A stretch of DNA of 64,000 nucleotides from Eledone cirrhosa. Lineage: Eukaryota. Positions 42,907 to 56,506 of the stretch are shown here, piece by piece. A program made the position numbers and the translations under genes. Position 1 is the first letter of the stretch. Each line of letters opens with the position of its first letter. The DNA is taken from assembly GCA_964016885.1 (NCBI GenBank), contig OZ024758.1, positions 7,192,001 to 7,256,000 on the forward strand, read 5' to 3'. The notes below the pieces were generated by a model. The model did not search any database. It was not told the DNA's origin and saw nothing but the letters and a program-made list of their open reading frames with translations.

Positions 42907-44910
42907 ATTATAAGGATGAAAGGCAAAGCTAACCTTGGTGGAATTTGAACTCAGAATTCCGACGTTCTAACGACTCTATTGAAATGCGAAACAATCATCA
43001 TCAGGGAATTTCAGCTAGGATGTAACATTCTCCTTTTTTTTTTAGAGGATCCTTCATATTAAGTTTCTCTTCACCAAATTCTTTAATTAGCAATGTTTTC
43101 AATTGAAGAGTAGAACAAATAAATTTTTCTCTCTTTTCTTTGATAGTGAACATTAGGATTTAATGAAAATTCCAGAAAGAGGATACATTTGACAATAAAA
43201 TAAACGTTCATAGGTGGCATTTAGAAAAGTCATTTCTTCATTTTAATGTGACAACAATATCTGTCACTTCGACATTGCACGCTAGAGATTTCATCTAAGG
43301 TTAGTAATAACGGATTAATAAAAAAAATCCTGACATTCTTAACGTGGAACGATAATTAAATAATCAGCTTCTACAGTTGTATTAGTTTTGATCGAAACTA
43401 ACCTTGTCAGAATTTATTGGTAAATCTGAGACAAAATAAAACCACTGAAACCTTACTTTATCCTATCTCTCGTTTTATGATTTCCTTGTCATATAAAATG
43501 ACATAATTGGATATTTTACATGGGAAGATAACATGATATATGAGGATTAGCTTTCTATAATACTTGGAAACAGATGTCTCTTCTAGCTTATACAGCATAT
43601 TTAGATCGAAAATATTTTAAATATTATGGAAGCACTAAATTAACAGATAAACTTGGGATTTTCTACGTATGTATTAGTTTGTAGATACATTTTAGTACAT
43701 GTATAGTAGTACTATTAGATATCTACTTGTAATCTTTGAATATAGAAATCACAGTAGATGTCTTGTCTCCAGAGTCAGAATTTTGTCATTTCTCGTTGAA
43801 TGTGTCATTAAAAGTCAGCCATTTTGTCTTTGATCATTGATAAGAAAGTGAAAAACTCATGCGAAAAACAACAAAACTATCAAATTTCATAGTGTTTATT
43901 ATAAAGCCACCGAGGAACATCAAGGACAGCTAGCTGACACATATCCTAATCTCTGTGATTATTACATGTTTGTGAGTCTTGTTTTTCACTGAAACTGCAA
44001 CGTAGATTATAACAAAGCTTCATGTTATATTTTCTCTGCGTCAAAAGTGATTCGTCGGATTGTCATTTTCTTCGTACGAATTTCGTAGTGTGATTGTTTT
44101 TAGTTTATATATCTTAGTAGGAATAAAATCAACCATCTCAAGTTTCCTTTTCGAAGGGGATGTAAGATCTGACGTGTTGTTCTCCTAGTAACTGACATTT
44201 GGTAATATAGTCAATTTTAGCTGACGCACTTTTTTTCATAGTCATTTATGTAATCACGTGAGATAATTAACCACAAGAAGGGATCTGAACTCAGATCATA
44301 AAGGGCCGCAACTCTATGATGCAAAGCATGGCGTCCGACCCTCTACCGATACTGCCAACCCACCGCCCTTTTTTTCTTTTGCCCACAATTAATGAGATCA
44401 TTTCTAATGGATCGAAACGTAACTCTTTCAGTAATTCTAAAGCCCAGGAATTATCAATGCTTTTTGAGGGGTGGGAGACATGGACTTCATAGCATCAAAA
44501 GTTCTTGAGTAAATCCGAAAAACCATGAAATTTGCACCAACTTTCAGACACACCTAAATATGTCTCAATATCCGACATGTTGTTTGCCATACGTTAGAGG
44601 AAATGTGACCCGATTTTCTATTCGTAATTGAATAGCCGCCGCTGTGATTAGTAAAGAGATGTTTTGTATATTAAAATAAAGGGAAATCCCAGGCAGTGGA
44701 GTGCGTCTCATTTCCTGTCGTTCAATAAAAGTTAATAATGTCACACAAATCTGTCAAATTACACTTATTTATGATATTTCCAATGATGTCATTTGTTTTG
44801 ATTCCCCTCCCATGTTCATCAGCGCCGTTTGCGGGTCGGGGTATAATTTCCTTTGGATATTAAGTTAAGGAAACCTCTTTTTGCGAATTAGTTTTCGTCT
44901 CATTACTCAC

Positions 44911-44994
44911 CAGCACCTGGTACTTGTAGAGGTACTCTCCAAATCCGGCCGGTGACTGCATTTTCACTGCCTTTATTTCGTGACCGGTCGCCAT
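44911..44994 (-). CDS. Putative first coding segment of an unidentified host gene (exon 44911-45108)
   Basis: Minus: TACTAAC-aagtttcctcttAG acceptor, upstream in-frame stop, aatATGG start, MATGHEIKAVKMQSPAGFGEYLYKYQVL, phase-0 donor CTG/GTGAGT. More GC-rich than the flanks. Confidence 0.55.
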
Positions 44995-45127
44995 ATTACT
45001 TGTGTTAATTTCTTGTGAATGAATGTTGGCTTGTTAGATGGTGTTTTGATGAATAGCATCACCACATTGATTGATCTAACCGTGACCTTCACTTGTGATA
45101 CATCATATCTAAGAGGAAACTTGTTAG

Positions 45128-45298
45128 TATGAGGGTCGGCTGAAAAGTTCATAAGCTGACTATGAACGAGTGATGCTAGGGCTGTGAAATATTGCATACA
45201 TTAATTTCAACTCTTATTAATAACTGCATTGTTTCTTTCCAGAGACTATGTTGAAAAATAAACCTCATTTGGTCATTCCATGAGAGTATCTTGGTCAG
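45128..45298 (+). mobile_element. Mariner-type MITE (3' TIR truncated)
   Basis: tatgagggtcggctgaaaagttcataagctgac.. matches the consensus. Confidence 0.85.
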
Positions 45299-45464
45299 TA
45301 GCCTGAATGTGTTTCTAAAGAACGTTTCTGAGGATGTGTGTAGGGATTAGGCTGGTTCCAATGAAATTATTTGCCTGTCCCCCATCGATAAACCCACATG
45401 TAAGCAGTCACCATATTTAAATTACTGGGGTCGTTAAAGAAAGCGTCGGTGTAGTTCTCGTTTT

Positions 45465-46054
45465 CGACTATCAACACACGAACTGGTGGAACTAGTATCA
45501 ACTTTGACTATCAACACACGAACTGTGAAACTAGTATCAACTTTGACTATCAACACACGAACTGTGGAACTAGTACCAACTTTGACTATCAACACACGAA
45601 CTGTGGAACTAGTACCAACTTTGACTATCAACACACGAACTGTGGAACTAGTACCAACTTTGACTATCAACACACGAACTGTGGAACTAGTACCAACTTT
45701 GACTATCAACACACGAACTGTGGAACTAGTACCAACTTTGACTATCAACACACGAACTGTGGAACTAGTACCAACTTTGACTATCAACACACGAACTGTG
45801 GAACTAGTACCAACTTTGACTATCAACACACGAACTGTGGAACTAGTACCAACTTTGACTATCAACACACGAACTGTGGAACTAGTATCAACTTTGACTA
45901 TCAACACACGAACTGTGGAACTAGTACCAACTTTGACTATCAACACACCAACTGTGGAATTAGTATCAACTTGCCCACTTACTCAGGCTGCTACTATTTA
46001 TATGTAGTAGTCCAGCCCATTCTCGCCAGGGGGGCGTCGTATTCTCGCACAACA
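45465..46054 (-). mobile_element. Second (truncated) copy of the LTR-like element with expanded 39-bp minisatellite (about 13 copies)
   Basis: Unit actttgactatcaacacacgaactgtggaactagtacca, with the same flank of about 80 bp ending acaaca as at 33880-33958. Confidence 0.8.
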
Positions 46055-46710
46055 ACTTGGTAAATAACATTTATGTAAGATGTCACACTCAGGATCGAAC
46101 CCAAGACCCAATGATTACAAAGCAAACATCTTAAACATTTGGCCATGCTGTGGAATGCTTTAAAAATCTGGGCTGATTTCTTTAACGAAGAAGTTTTTTC
46201 ATTAGCTATGCGAAACAGAAAAAAAAAAAAAAAAAAAGGAGAAAATGAAACAAGAAAGAGAGGAAGAGGAGAGAACAGTAGTCATTGTGGTGAAGATGCG
46301 AGATAATATCCCAAACGTATCTAGTTTTCATTATAACATGGATGAGCAGAATCTAAATTGAATAAAAGCAAGATTGGCAGGAAAGGAAGAGATGTGTGCG
46401 CTGAGACAGATGAAATTGGGATAACGTATCTAAATAAATATGGAAAAGCAAAAATAAATATAGACTTGAATGAAAATAATAAAGTTAGAGTAAAGATGAA
46501 TTAGTTCCATGAAGCTTCTTGTATGTCTGTTTTCCGGCTATCTCTAACTGATAATATAACGTATCCATAGAGGCCATCTATGACAAGTTATACAAACACT
46601 ACACGTGTATTTGCTTGCAGATTATCTACTGTCAAAGATCAGTTGTATATTTCTCAGTGAATGGGATCTATTCTAGAATGAACAGTTATTATTATTATAC
46701 TTATTTTTAT

Positions 46711-47362
46711 CAGAGCCGTGGATTGGCAGTATCGGTAGAGGGTTGGACACCATGCTTTGTAGCATAGAGTTACCGCCTTTTACGATCTGAGTTCAAATTC
46801 TGCCGAGGTTAACTTTGTCTTTCATCCTTACGAGGTCGATAAAATAAAGTACCACTCACACACTCGGGTCGATTTAATCGACTTTCTCCTCCCCCAAAAA
46901 TTGCTGGCCTTGTGCCTATATAAGAAACCAGTATTATCAGGGCGGTGAATTGGCAGAATCGGTAGAGTATCGGACAACATGCTTTATAGCATAGGGTTAC
47001 GCCATCTTACGATCGACTTTCCCCTCTCCCCAAATTGCTGGTCTTGTGCCTATACTAGAAAGAATCATTATCCTTATATTAATTGACAGTTGACATGATC
47101 AGACGTGCAGGAATTTATTCCTGTAATGTCAAATGTATTTTAAGTTATTACTGAATAAAATAATTTTCAGTTTATATTTTATTTTGTACATGTTATTATT
47201 CGGACGCCATGCTTTCAAGCATAGTTACGTCCCTTTATGGTCTGAGTTCAAATCCCGCCGAGGTTAACTTTGCCTTTCATCCTTACGAGTTCGATAAAAT
47301 AAAGTACCAGTAATGCACTGGGATAATTGCTGGCCTTGTGCCAAAAGTAGAAACAATTATTT
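46711..47362 (+). mobile_element. Three SINE copies (full, internally deleted, 5'-truncated)
   Basis: Consensus matches at 46711-46932, 46939-47070 and 47199-47362. Confidence 0.9.
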
Positions 47363-48699
47363 GTTATTTAATAAATAATAAATCAATAATAATTAAAGAA
47401 ATAAAAAATAAAGAAAGCATTATTACTGAAATATTCGGAGGTCTTCCCCGTACTTAGGTATAACAGTGTAGCTATGTAGCTGTGTAGCTGTGTAGCTATG
47501 TAGCTGTGTAGATATGTAGCTATGTAGCTATGTAGCTGTGTAGCTATGTCGCTATGTCGCTATGAAGCTATGTAGCTGTGTAATTATGTTTGATGACATA
47601 TGCTATACTCGGTCTATGTTTAATAAGATGCGACATATTATTTGTATTATAGATCATAAAGATTTTATCAAACATAATATACTCGGTTTATTAAATATCA
47701 CACATTCGATGTTTGTCGATATACGCAATATCTATCGCTTTTTTTTCTTATTCATATGAATATAACGTAACACAAAGAGTTTCATGGTAACACATTCAGA
47801 TAGCAATATATCACATGCATTTATTATATTTGATAATCTAGAGAATTGTAGATTTGACAAAGATATCTGCTGGTTTCCTTAAGTACATTACTCGATTGTT
47901 ACAGAAACGAAACATTTTGCATATATTCCTTTCATTGACAAATGGTGTTTGTTATTAAAAAAATCAATGCAGTGAAATATTTCACAGTTGCCATGTGAAA
48001 ATTGTTGAACGTAATATTTCATCATTTGTATTATAGGTGACATCACCAGTTGTATGATATCTCACTATATCATCATCTCACTATATCATAGCTCACATCA
48101 TAAGTTGTATCATAGCTCACATTATCACCAGTATCATAATAACTCACATCATCACCAGTTGTGTCATATCTCACAACATCATCATCAGTTGTATCATAGC
48201 TGACATCATCAACAGCTGAATTATATCTCACATCCTCACAACATCACCACCATCATCTAGCGAAAATAAATCGTTTTTCGATTAATCTATTTATTCATTT
48301 TAAGTAATTTATTTTCATCTCCGAATTATTCATGCAAAAATTCGCAGAAATAAAACCAACTGTTATTATTCCTTCACAACTATCATTAATTGTGGCCATG
48401 TTAAATCTATAATGTGCAGAATTCAGCAACAGATGAAGCCAGTTCAACCATGGCCTCCAATAATAATAAAAAAAGATAAAATAATAATAATTTATAAATA
48501 ATCACAGGAAATTTTCCATAGTTTATGTGGAAACTTTTTGAACTGCCAAAAATTGAGGAAAAAAAAGTGATACTTACTTCACAGATCAATTATTGATTCA
48601 TGAAATTAGTAAGTACCAGTATATAGTTTTTTTAAAGTGGGGGAAAATCCAGTTTTTGAGCGAGATTGTGAATTTGAACGATGTGTGAATTTTGACTCC

Positions 48700-48996
48700 T
48701 GGTCTTAGTTCAACATTTCGTGGTAAAGTCAGACTACCAACAAAGTTCTTTATGGTGATCTGTGACGAGTTTTATCGATTGTTCGATCACACTGCTTGGC
48801 TCTTGCTGACGAACCTACAGGGAATCTGCTTTTCTGGTCACCAGATGCAAAATGCCGAGTACATCGTCTAAATATAAACATTAGGACTCTATTGGCGAGG
48901 GATATTGGCCACACTGGCCGGGATCTTCTTGATGCGATGAGAGATCTGGAAGTCTGGAACAAATGTGTGCGTGCTTCACCTTCGATGGAGTGATGA
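48700..48996 (+). mobile_element. Old RTE-like LINE 3' fragment
   Basis: NKVLYGDL*RVLSIVRSHCLALA-DEPTGNLLFWSPDAKCRV..RDIG...DAMRDLEVW parallels the RTE C-terminus seen at 5341 and 23724. Confidence 0.65.
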
Positions 48997-49118
48997 CTCA
49001 AGAAGTAGAACATATTAGCTAAATATTTCAGTTGACTGAATTTCTCGACGATAAATAAATTAAAGTTGTCTAGAACAAACAACAAAGCGAGACCATCGCA
49101 TAAGAACCTTTAGCACGT

Positions 49119-49178
<60 letters not shown>

Positions 49179-49669
49179 CTTCTCCTAATTGAAAGGTAAC
49201 ATTAGTGTCGATGATCAACAACCTATTTGCAAGTCTATTACAACTTTTAAGGAATGACATGGAATAATAATTATATATAAATGTAGTAAAATGAAAAATA
49301 TATATTTATTTATACATAGTATATATTATATTATTTATTATATATAAATTAACGATTTTATTTATCATTTATTATTTACAATTTGCATGTAGGCAGGTCT
49401 CTCTGGAAATAGGGTTGGGTGGCACTGAGGGTATTACGTGACCGGGAGGGGTATTACGTGACCGGGTGGTCCTAAAATTTTGAGAACCTCTGGTGTAAAG
49501 GAATATTTCAAACGTTTTAAATTCTTGAGAGATTTTATATTTAAATCTCCTTTGTTTTAAATTTAAATGTTTTATATGTACTTAAATCTCCTTTGTTTTA
49601 TATTTAAATCTCCTTTGTTTTATATTTAAATCTTGAGAGATTTTATATTTAAATCTCCTTTGTACATAA

Positions 49670-50025
49670 ATTATCTAATTCATATTGTAACTTATCAAAT
49701 ATGTATTGTATCTTATCTAATACATATTTTAACTTATCTAATGCATATTGGAACATATATAATAAATATTGTAACTCATATACTACATACCTTAACTTAT
49801 ATGATACATATTGTAACTTATATAATACATATTGTAACTTATATAATACATATTGTAACATATTTAATACATATTGTAAATTAAACAATACATATTGTAA
49901 CATACATAATACATATTGTAAATTATATAATACATGTTGTAAATTATATAATACATATTGTAACATATATAATAGATATTGTAATAACTTATCTAATAGA
50001 TATTGTAACGTATCTAATACATTTT
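49670..50025. repeat. 21-bp minisatellite
   Basis: Unit atacatattgtaacttatata. Confidence 0.9.
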
Positions 50026-50071
50026 ACGAAATTTAGTAGATAAATTATGTAATATTCATTCATTATTTATT

Positions 50072-50545
50072 CAGAGTCGGACACCATGCTTTGAAGCATA
50101 GAGTTACGTCCCTTTACGGTCTGAGTTCAAATCCCGCCGAGGTAACTTTGCCTTTCATCCTTACGGGGTCGATAAAATAAAGTACCAGTAATGCACTGGG
50201 TAATTGCTTGCCTTGTGCCAAAAGTAGAAACAATTATTTATTCAAAGTGGTGGTGGATTTGCAGTATCGGTAGAGGGTCGGACGCCATGCTTTGACGCAT
50301 AGAGTTACGGTCCTTGCCATTCTGAGTTCAAACCCCCACCGAGGTTAACTTTGCCTTTCATCCTTACGGGGTCGATAAAATAAAGTACCAGTAATGTACT
50401 GAGATAATTGCTGGCCGTGTGCCAAATGTAGAAACAATTATATTATATTATTGCCTTTCATCCTTACTGGGTCGATAAAATAAAGTACCAGTAATGCACT
50501 GGGTAATTGCTGGCCTTGTGCCACAAGTAGAAACAATTATTTATT
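50072..50545 (+). mobile_element. Head-to-tail SINE trimer
   Basis: Three consecutive core and tail copies; the tatttattca motif recurs at the boundaries. Confidence 0.9.
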
Positions 50546-52021
50546 CAAAGTAATCCAACTTATTTTACTAACGGTATAAACAAATATATCCAGGACGTAG
50601 TCCCGAACTCCTTCCTTTATTATATTATAATACTTATTTTAATATATAAAAGCCTGCCATCGTTGTAAATAAAATCGACTCTCGTTTAAAATAACTCACC
50701 TCTGTCCCATGAATTATGTCAAAGTAACATTTCATTGTTTATTACAACGTTTACGTTGAACATACAATGTGGAAATATAGAAAGAAACAGAAACCGTTCT
50801 ATATGTGTTTATATGAAGGAGAAAACGGAAAACCATTCCAGTTGTGGCAACTTGTCGTTACAGCTTTTCAGATATTAGTTTCCAGAAATTCTTAGAATCA
50901 TTTATCAAATAATTAGCATTCCATATATGAATAGCCAACTTGTTAATTTTGTGAGGTGTTAAACCTTAATGAGTAAATATTTCCGTCGAATCCAATAGAA
51001 ATATCGTCAGTTATTACTTTCCCAATATTCATTACTTTTGCAACAATGTAAATGAAGTGAAATAGCGAAAACCAAATATTTCAATAGTGTTATGAATTTT
51101 TCTAACCTCCTATTGCTTTACGTGTGTATATATATAACAACGATGATCAGCGCTATACAAAAACTTCATTTAAATACATGTATTTGATTTTCCATATCTA
51201 CTCGCTTCATTCATGGATATGATTATTGCATTTATTACGAATATATTTTACATTTAAATATTAGATCTACTGGGATTATTCTTTATTGTATCTCATTAAT
51301 TCTGTGCCTTACCAAAATTATGTTGAAAATATTCTTGTACAATGTTGTTGAAGTAAACTTAGAGTCGTGTGTGGCTAAAATAAATATCTGGCACTTTATT
51401 GATTCAAACATTACTTGGTCGGCTTAGAAGAAATTTAGTTAATTTAATTTCGGTGGGAATTAATTCTATTTTTAATCTTGACGCCTTCAGTTACTTTTAC
51501 CAGAAGAATTAATATGCCAGAAAATTGTATTCTAAAAACACAGAAACCATAGTAGTCAGCCATTTTAGAGAATCGTTTGGTGTTAACAGGATCAAAAGAT
51601 ATTTTCCGTGATTTGGAAAAGTCACGATTTACCGTGATTAACTATCGAAAGATAGACAAAGTATTTCCTTTCGTTCCGACAAGTAATGGTCTGTAAGGTT
51701 TAATTATTGGCAAATATACAAGTTATTGTCTTGATTTACTATAATGAGAAATATACTTATTTCGCCTTGAAATACTGACATCTAGATTGACCTCATAATT
51801 ACATTTGTTTTATATTGTTAAATGATGACTCGACTGTCATATTCCTGTCTAGTCCTCTCATTGAAGAGGTGTGAATGGTCACAAGAATAAATTAGTGGAT
51901 ATCAACGCAGAATCTGAAGAAACAAACTAATATAAGAAAACCTGTTAAATGTTTAATTAATTCTGGCTTTCCTGTTGAAAGAAATTGGGGATAGAAATAG
52001 TGTAGAAAATTGAACAGGTTT

Positions 52022-52223
52022 TACGAGGGTCGACTGAAAGGTTCAGAGGCTGACTAAGATACTCTCATGGAATGACCAAATGAGGTTTATTTTTAAACAT
52101 TGTCCCTGGAAAGAAACAATGCAGTTTTTAATAAGAAGAGTTGAAATTAATGCCTGCAAGATTTCACAGCTCTAGCATTACTCCTTCATAGTCAGGCTAT
52201 AACCTTTTCAGCTTACTCTCGTA
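52022..52223 (-). mobile_element. Mariner-type MITE, full length
   Basis: TAcgagggtcgactgaaaggtt...aaccttttcagcttactctcgTA. Confidence 0.9.
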
Positions 52224-53217
52224 CATGTCCGTGTAAATGGTTCAACAGGCCGCCATAAAAAGAATGGTAGAATCTTTTAAGTCTTTCAATGGGTTTTGAA
52301 ATATTTGGGATTATTAAATTTGCTAAGGTCATGTTATCTTGTTATCTTAGCAATCTTGATTTTCTTTCTAATCCATTGTATGGTTTTCAAAATTATTGAG
52401 ATAAGAAAAAAAATATTAATGTCCAAATATCTATGTCTGAAGATGTCTTGGGCCTCATAGAATATTATCTCTGAATGAGTGGAGAACGGTTTCGTCGCCC
52501 TCCATCGCCACGTATCTCGAACGAGCTCAGCTGATGGTATTGCTGCGCATATACAGTGTTGCTTTCAACTCCATTTCAGTAGCACTGTAAATCGAAATCA
52601 GTAGATTTCATAGTGTTGATATGAGCAATGGAAGATATCGACGAGTGTTTGTAACGCTGAAAGATTCTGAGTCTTTTAAGAGATTTCAATAGCTCCCCTG
52701 GGGGTCTAATGGAAGACAGAAATTGAACTACGCCACAACTAGCGTCCTAGTTATTGCTGGTTCTATAATTGATTTATTTAATTTGTTTATTTTAGTACTT
52801 TTATGGACAATATCTCTGAACATTGTGGAAACATAACTAAGGAAACCATCGGAGAGAATTCCAATCAGTTCAGTAATTATACAGAAATGACCTAATTAAA
52901 TGCGCCATTTTTCATTCCTGTCTCAGAAGCATTTCTAGTCAAATTCTGTTTTATATCCGTCTATCATTTCCTTGTCTTCATCTTCATTTGAACTGTTTTA
53001 GCAAATTATTTACTTCGTTTAATGTTTCATTCTCTCTCTCTCTCTCCTTCACCCCCTCTCTCTTTCTCACGCCCCCGCTCGCTCTCTCTCTCTCACTCTC
53101 GCCTTCTCTCTCACTCACTATCTCTCTCTTTCCTTCCCTCTCTCTCCTTCCTCTATCTCCCTTCCTCTAACTCTCTTTTTCTCTCTCTCACTCCCTCCCT
53201 TGCTCCCCTGTTTCTCG

Positions 53218-53251
<34 letters not shown>

Positions 53252-53254
53252 CTA

Positions 53255-53291
<37 letters not shown>

Positions 53292-53499
53292 CTCTCTCTC
53301 ACACACACACACACTCTCTCTTTCTCTCTCTCTCCCTCTCTCTCTTTTATTTTGCTCTCAGGTTTCAGATTTCAACAAAAGAGAGAGAGAGTAAAAGTAA
53401 GATAGTTGTCTGCCGTTGAATCGTTCTCCTTTTTGTTCTCTTACTCTCTCTTTCTGTCTCTTCTATTTCCTTCTCACTCCCTCTCTTTCCTCCTCTCTC

Positions 53500-54330
53500 T
53501 CTCTCCATCACTTCACCCCACCTCTCTCTCTTTCCTTCTCTCTCCCTCTCTTTCTCCAGCTCTTCACCCCCCTCTCTCTTTCCTTCTCTCTCCCTCTCTT
53601 TCTCCAGCTATTCACTCCCACCTCTCTCTTTCCTTCTCTCTCCCTCTCTTTCTCCAGCTCTTCACCCCCTCTCTCTTTCTCCCCCCCCCCACATTTCTCT
53701 TTCCTTCTCTCTCCCTCTTTCTCCAGCTCTTCACTCCCACCTCTCTCTTTCCTTCTCGCTCCCTCTCTTTCTCCAGCTCTTCACCCCCTCTCTCTTTCTC
53801 CCCCACCTCTCTCTTTCCTTCTCTCTCCCTCTCTTTCTCCAGCTCTTCACTCCCACCTCTCTCTTTCCTTCTCTCTCCCTCTCTTTCTCCAGCTCTTCAC
53901 TCCCACCTCTCTCTTTCCTTCTCGCTCCCTCTCTTTCTCCAGCTCTTCACCCCTCTCTCTTTCTCCCCCCACCTCTCTCTTTCCTTCTCTCTCCCTCTCT
54001 TTCTCCAGCTCTTCACTCCCACCTCTCTCTTTCCTTCTCTCTCCCTCTCTTTCTCCAGCTCTTCACTCCCACCTCTCTCTTTCCTTCTCGCTCCCTCTCT
54101 TTCTCTAGCTCTTCACCCCCTCTCTCTTTCTCCCCCCACCTCTCTCTTTCCTTCTCTCTCCCTCTCTTTCTCCAGCTCTTCACTCCCACCTCTCTCTTTC
54201 CTTCTCTCTCCCTCTCTTTCTCCAGCTCTTCACTCCCACCTCTCTCTTTCCTTCTCTCTCCCTCTCTTTCTCCAGCTCTTCACTTCCACCTCTCTCTTTC
54301 CTTCTCTCTCCCTCTCCAGCTCTTCACCTC
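53500..54330. repeat. Pyrimidine-rich minisatellite of about 50 bp
   Basis: Unit ccagctcttcactcccacctctctctttccttctctctccctctctttct with longer variants. Confidence 0.9.
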
Positions 54331-54664
54331 ACAACCCCCCCTCTCTCTCTGTCTCTCTCTCACTCCCTCTCTCTCTCTCTCCTCATTTTAGTTGTCTGAC
54401 GTGATATCAACTCTCATTGGTCATTTGTTATTATTCTAGATGACTGAACCATTAGAGAGTTTCATCTGGGAAGTTCATTAGGAAGTCTCGAGTCTGTTTT
54501 AATATTGAAAACGTGTTTGAAGTTGCAAACAGATGTGATCCTTCTTTAGATTGACGTTTGAAAAAAAAAAAGACAGTATTTCGTGAAAGCAGAGAGATAC
54601 GTGTAACTTAGATGTGGAATAAGTTGTTTCAGAGGAATAAGGTTTCGTGTTAGTCGTATATATA

Positions 54665-54826
54665 TTAATGGTTTCTACTTTTGGCACAAGGCCAGCAATT
54701 ACCCCAGTACATTACTGGTACTTTATGTTATCCACCCCGTAAGGATCAAAGGCAAAGTTAACCGCGGAGGCATTTGAACCCAGACCGTAAAGGGACGTAA
54801 CTCTATGCTGCAAAGCATGATGTCAG
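54665..54826 (-). mobile_element. SINE copy
   Basis: Consensus match. Confidence 0.85.
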
Positions 54827-54909
54827 ATACTAATAAAGTATATAAACATATAAATATGTTTTGCAAGGTTTTTGATATGAAATCGTGTGTCGAAACAAAT
54901 ATGTTTATA

Positions 54910-55045
54910 CTTGGGGAGGGTCATATTGTTATAACATTGCCAGAAATAATAACAGAACACACAGTTAACGCCAAGGTTAACTCACACAGTGAGTGTGTCC
55001 TGTTATTATTTCTGGCAATATTATAACAACATGACCCTCCCCAAG
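54910..55045. mobile_element. 136-bp hairpin MITE with TA target duplication
   Basis: TA|cttggggagggtcat.ttgttataa.attgccagaaataataacag.acacac ... reverse complement|TA; arms of about 53 bp. Confidence 0.8.
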
Positions 55046-55157
55046 TAAATTAATATATATATATATATATAAATATATATATATATACTGTATATATATA
55101 TATACTGTATATATAAATTCTACATAAAATACTCCCATGTTAGTTTTTTTACAACGC

Positions 55158-55708
55158 ATGAGGGTAGACTGAATAGTTCATAGGCTGCCTATGAAGGAGT
55201 GATGCTAGAGCTGTGAAATGTAGTATGCATTAATTTCAACTCTTCTGGCAATTGACATCATTCACGTGGAAAGCAAAATAACCATAAAAAATGCTTGAAA
55301 ACGACTTAGAAAAAATCTAAATCAAAATTAATATTTTATCCCAAAGAGAGGAAATTGGAACATTATCCACTGAAAGTTCCTTAAACCCTGGTGCAGGGAC
55401 TTTTAGGTCACGAAATATTGGACAGATAAAAGAACAACAACGACAAAAAACAAAAAAAAAACAAAGATTACCAGGTAACTTTTACTTTTCGTTACCTCAT
55501 CTTACAGTTCATTTTGCATTGTTTAGCCTTCTATCTCTTTCAACGTTAAATAACTACACTGTTTCTTTCCAGAGACTGTGTTGAAAAATGAACCTCATTT
55601 GGTCATTCCATGAGAGTATCTTGGTCAGCCTATGAACGTTTCAGCCTATAGACCAGTTAATACGAAGCAAGATTTCACAGCTCTAGCATCAATCCTTCAT
55701 AATCAACC
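55158..55708. mobile_element. Mariner-type MITE split by an insertion of about 300 bp, plus an inverted fragment
   Basis: 5' half 55158-55245, 3' half 55550-55647 and a reverse fragment at 55667-55708. Confidence 0.7.
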
Positions 55709-55823
55709 TATATATATATATTAAAATAATATATATATTTAAATATATATATATATACTGTATATATATTTAAATATATATATATACTGTATATATATTT
55801 AAATAAATATATATATATATATA

Positions 55824-55932
<109 letters not shown>

Positions 55933-55985
55933 AATGTACAAAGTCGAATTCTCGGACTTTCAAGCGCTGAGTATATATATATAAA

Positions 55986-56263
55986 TATTGGAATTTCGTA
56001 TTTCTGAAGAAATACGGTAGGGTTATAGATAAACATTTAGAAAACCACATATTCTCGCTTGTTTTCAAGTCCAGCTGTCGCAAGGGTGGGAGAGATCGTC
56101 CCGGTGAGAACCAGTTAAGTTCGAAATGACATCGACTATTGACCCTCTTGCTTCTGCTGGACACCACCAGAGAGCCATAAGCCCGGGGTTTTGCATAGCT
56201 ACGGCTTACTAAATATTTATCTATAAGCATACCGTATTTCTTTAGAAATACGAAATTCCAATA
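55986..56263. repeat. 55-bp inverted repeat enclosing 168 bp
   Basis: 55986-56040 versus 56209-56263. Part of the right arm and its downstream flank recur at 34709-34785. Confidence 0.8.
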
Positions 56264-56469
56264 CATATCTGTATACATCTATGCATGAAGCTAAATCCTA
56301 ATTCTATTATACATATAGATGTTTGTATGTATGTATATATATATATATATATATATTTTAGAGAGAGAGAAAGAGAGACATGTGTGTGTGTGTATTTATG
56401 TATTTGTGTATTTATGTGTGGGTAAAGACACATGTATGTGTGTATATGTGCGCCTGTGTTGGTAAAGAC

Positions 56470-56506
<37 letters not shown>

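Noticed and set aside
45434-46007. 170-173 aa repetitive ORFs on both strands; CRISPR-like period
   Set aside because: A pure 39-bp tandem repeat with no unique spacers; open frames follow from the unit length.
52480-52750. CpG-richer unique stretch as a possible exon
   Set aside because: Stops in the frames examined and no convincing splice-site pair.
53406-54404. 332-aa Ser/Leu/Pro/Phe-rich ORF
   Set aside because: CT-rich minisatellite.
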